DNA of 51,689 nucleotides from NCBI GenBank assembly GCA_019973955.1, contig BMAV01009759.1, positions 138,155 through 189,843 on the forward strand, in the 5' to 3' direction. Under the pieces are notes generated by a model. The model saw only the letters and a list, made by a program, of their open reading frames with translations, did not search any database and was not told the DNA's origin. The translations under genes were made by a program, and so were the position numbers. Shown here piece after piece: positions 51,076 to 51,689 of the stretch; position 1 is the stretch's first letter; each line of letters begins with the position of its first letter. Origin of the DNA: Trichonephila inaurata. Taxonomy: Eukaryota.

Positions 51076-51689
51076 GACCCAACTCTGGTTGGTGACTATG
51101 TCTTAAGAATAATAAACAAAATTTAAATTCTATCTCGATTATTTTCTAGTAATAAGTAAAGAAACCTTCCAATACGTCTCCATACATAACATAACCTAAA
51201 ATTAGTAAATGTCCCATTTTAAGGATGAATATAAATTATCACGTGATGTAAAACTTTAAAAAATACTTTAAGGTATCCGACTACTTGCGACAACTATTTT
51301 TTTTTTTGAAAAAATGGAGATATGGAGATTTTTTTTGGATTCTTAGATTTATTTAGTATATTTTAAGTAAAAAATCTTAAAATTGAAAACAGAAAAAAAA
51401 AATTTATTATTGTTAAAATGGGAAAAAAGTGAAAATGTACAAAAAATTACATAAACGGTGCCCGCTCTGTACAAAACTTTTATGAACATATTCTTAATTT
51501 TTGAATTTTAATGTGTTGCTTTGTTATTCATGTTTGAAATGATATTCAGGATAAGAGATATTTTAATTTTTACGAAAACTAGAGCACTTTATCTTATTGA
51601 TTGTAAGAAATATCTTAAAAAACGGTGATTATACTCACATGCAGGACTCTAAATTTTGAAATAAAACAGTGATTGATAAATTTGAAGGT

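Overview
This window is eukaryotic nuclear DNA, probably from an AT-rich invertebrate metazoan. I found no prokaryotic-style operon, CRISPR array or defence island, and no undescribed system; what I can support is a transposon-dense intronic landscape around one host gene. On the + strand the window holds most of one large multi-exon WD40-repeat protein gene. I can place at least 17 internal exons (105..34293) bounded by GT/AG splice sites with consistent reading phase, plus a probable terminal exon with a stop codon at 44498..44644. The gene continues upstream of the window. Its very AT-rich introns carry many mobile elements. (1) A roughly 6.7-kb Ty3/gypsy LTR retrotransposon sits antisense to the host gene at 13842..20506. 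It has 307-bp TG..CA LTRs, a tRNA-Lys-type primer binding site (PBS), a polypurine tract (PPT), gag with a zinc knuckle, protease DTGAS, RT YLDD, RNase H and an HHCC/DDE integrase. It carries several frameshifts and a 1.5-kb leader full of repeats. (2) A hAT transposase C-terminal remnant lies immediately next to the gypsy element, which may have inserted into it. (3) A pair of ~355-bp direct repeats at 3601..6520 may be the termini of a non-autonomous LARD/TRIM-like element. (4) There are several tRNA-derived SINE copies from at least two families, one with a clean 14-bp target site duplication (TSD). (5) A 230-bp hAT-type MITE has CAG[A/T]GG TIRs and an 8-bp TSD. (6) A Tc1-like DNA transposon has perfect 29-bp TIRs, a TA TSD and a frameshifted transposase, next to an inverted Tc1-like TIR fragment. 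(7) Two degenerate mariner-like elements are present; one of them contains a tandem triplication of a ~117-bp transposase-derived segment. Most six-frame ORFs in the supplied track are chance ORFs in AT-rich intron or TE DNA.
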